Source: Mesotaenium endlicherianum (taxonomy: Eukaryota). Taken from it: a stretch of DNA of 34,783 nt. The number at the start of each line of letters is the position of its first letter. Positions within the stretch are counted from its first letter, which is position 1. A program made the position numbers and the translations under genes. The stretch covers positions 160,838-195,620 of the forward strand of contig WELA01003463.1 in assembly GCA_009602735.1 (NCBI GenBank), given 5' to 3'. The notes beneath the pieces were generated by a model, which saw nothing but the letters and a program-made list of their open reading frames with translations, ran no database searches and was not told the origin of the DNA. Shown here piece after piece: positions 33,701 through 34,783 of this stretch.

Positions 33701-34783
33701 GTGATCATGAACACTCTTAACACACCTCTTCTCACTAAACTTTTGCCCCTGCTCCTCTCCAGCGTTTATTGCATCCCTCTCATCACACAGACACGCACGC
33801 ACACACGCACGCACACACGCACACATACACGTGTCTTCGCGCAAAGCAACGGCGCATCGCTAAGTCCTCCCAACACACCTTCCGAGACCCGGGGGGGGCG
33901 GGCTTGAACACGCGCAGCTGCTGCTCGCTCGGCAGGGCGGCGTAGATGGGCGCCACGGCCAGCGACAGGACGCCACGTGGCAGGCTCGCAGCCCTCTCCT
34001 GCAGCAGGCGCTCCAGGGCCTCAATCTCCTCCTGCCCCGTCAGAAACACCAGCACGTCCCCGGGCTCCTCCTCCACGTGGATCTGATCCGCACAGACGGC
34101 AGACGACAGGGCCAAGTGAGAACGGGACCCTGCAGGCGCGGAGCCATATGACTCGAGAGAGACTCTTTCCGGAGCTACCCCTCGACCTCCTCGACCTCCT
34201 CGACCTTCAGCGGTTGATAAATTTCGGCTTGGTGGTTGGGATCCTGATACCCGAGATGTGCGGGCAGCAGCCAATGACTAAGATCATCGTATGAAAGGGT
34301 CTGCACAAGACTGCTTCGCCCCACGCCCTCGCTTGCTCGCTCTCGTCCTCACTCTCCCTTGCCCTCTGACCCTCGCGCGCCCGCACTCCCTCCCTCTCTC
34401 CCTCTCTCGCCCTCACCCTTGTCCAACTCGCCCTCCCTCCCTCCCCCCTCCTTTTTCGAAACTCAGGGTCCGTCAGGCGGATAGACGGACGAGGGTGCCC
34501 CAAGCTGGCGCAGCTAGCCTGGCGCGCCAGGCTGGCGTGCAGGTGCTGACCTGGAGCACGGTGGTGAGGGCGGCGTCCAAGTAGTCGGCCTCAGGCGCGC
34601 GCGTGTAATACACCTCCACCGGGTACTGCCGCCCCCGCACGTACACCGCCGCCGCCCCCTCAAAGTACTGACAGAAGCGCTCCACATCCAGCGTGGCCGA
34701 CATCACCACCAATTTCAGCGGCGCCAGCCCCGTCGAATCCTCCCCGCCCCCTCCCCCTCCCCCTCCCCCCGGACCGGTGCCAT
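28117..34783 (-). CDS. DHX33: DEAH-box ATP-dependent RNA helicase, DHX33/RID1(DEAH10)-like; last 8 coding exons, 5' part outside the window
   Basis: Exons (minus): >34783-34551, 34082-33879, 32932-32772, 31778-31593, 30310-30079, 29597-29281, 28735-28601, 28345-28117; all GT-AG with consistent phases. Motifs [42 protein letters not shown]2 and OB-fold (IHPSSVLF). Subfamily assignment rests on recalled SKAQ/GRAGRE signatures. Confidence 0.93.
29880..29977. repeat. (TA)n microsatellite in a helicase intron
   Basis: Imperfect TA dinucleotide run of about 100 bp. Confidence 0.95.
30671..30761. repeat. Poly-C run (91 nt) ending at a single N; true length doubtful
   Basis: Homopolymer adjacent to a contig join at 30762. 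Confidence 0.7.

Overview
Eukaryotic nuclear DNA, most likely from a streptophyte green alga (inferred from a plant-type DPE1, chromovirus retrotransposons and repeat-rich introns; the species cannot be determined). Bases 1-8624 hold two nested Ty3/gypsy chromovirus LTR retrotransposons on the + strand. Element 1 shows integrase plus chromodomain, an intact 559-aa extra ORF of unknown family bracketed by duplicated pol-end/PPT sequence, and a 3' LTR at 3656-4884. It is inserted into the RT of a decayed element 2, whose 3' LTR (7702-8624) carries an antisense tRNA-like sequence. About 8.8-10 kb (possibly to 11.3 kb) is a degenerate, inverted copy of the DEAH helicase gene found at the far end of the window. 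12174-22560 (+) is a 16-exon plastid 4-alpha-glucanotransferase gene (DPE1, 641 aa). 23829-26203 (-) is a 4-exon unknown gene (262 aa). 28117-34783 (-) holds the last 8 coding exons of a DHX33/RID1-like DEAH-box RNA helicase. The best novelty candidate is the accessory ORF cassette of element 1. Exon models were built by hand from GT-AG sites, reading-frame phase and recalled protein homology; no searches were run.
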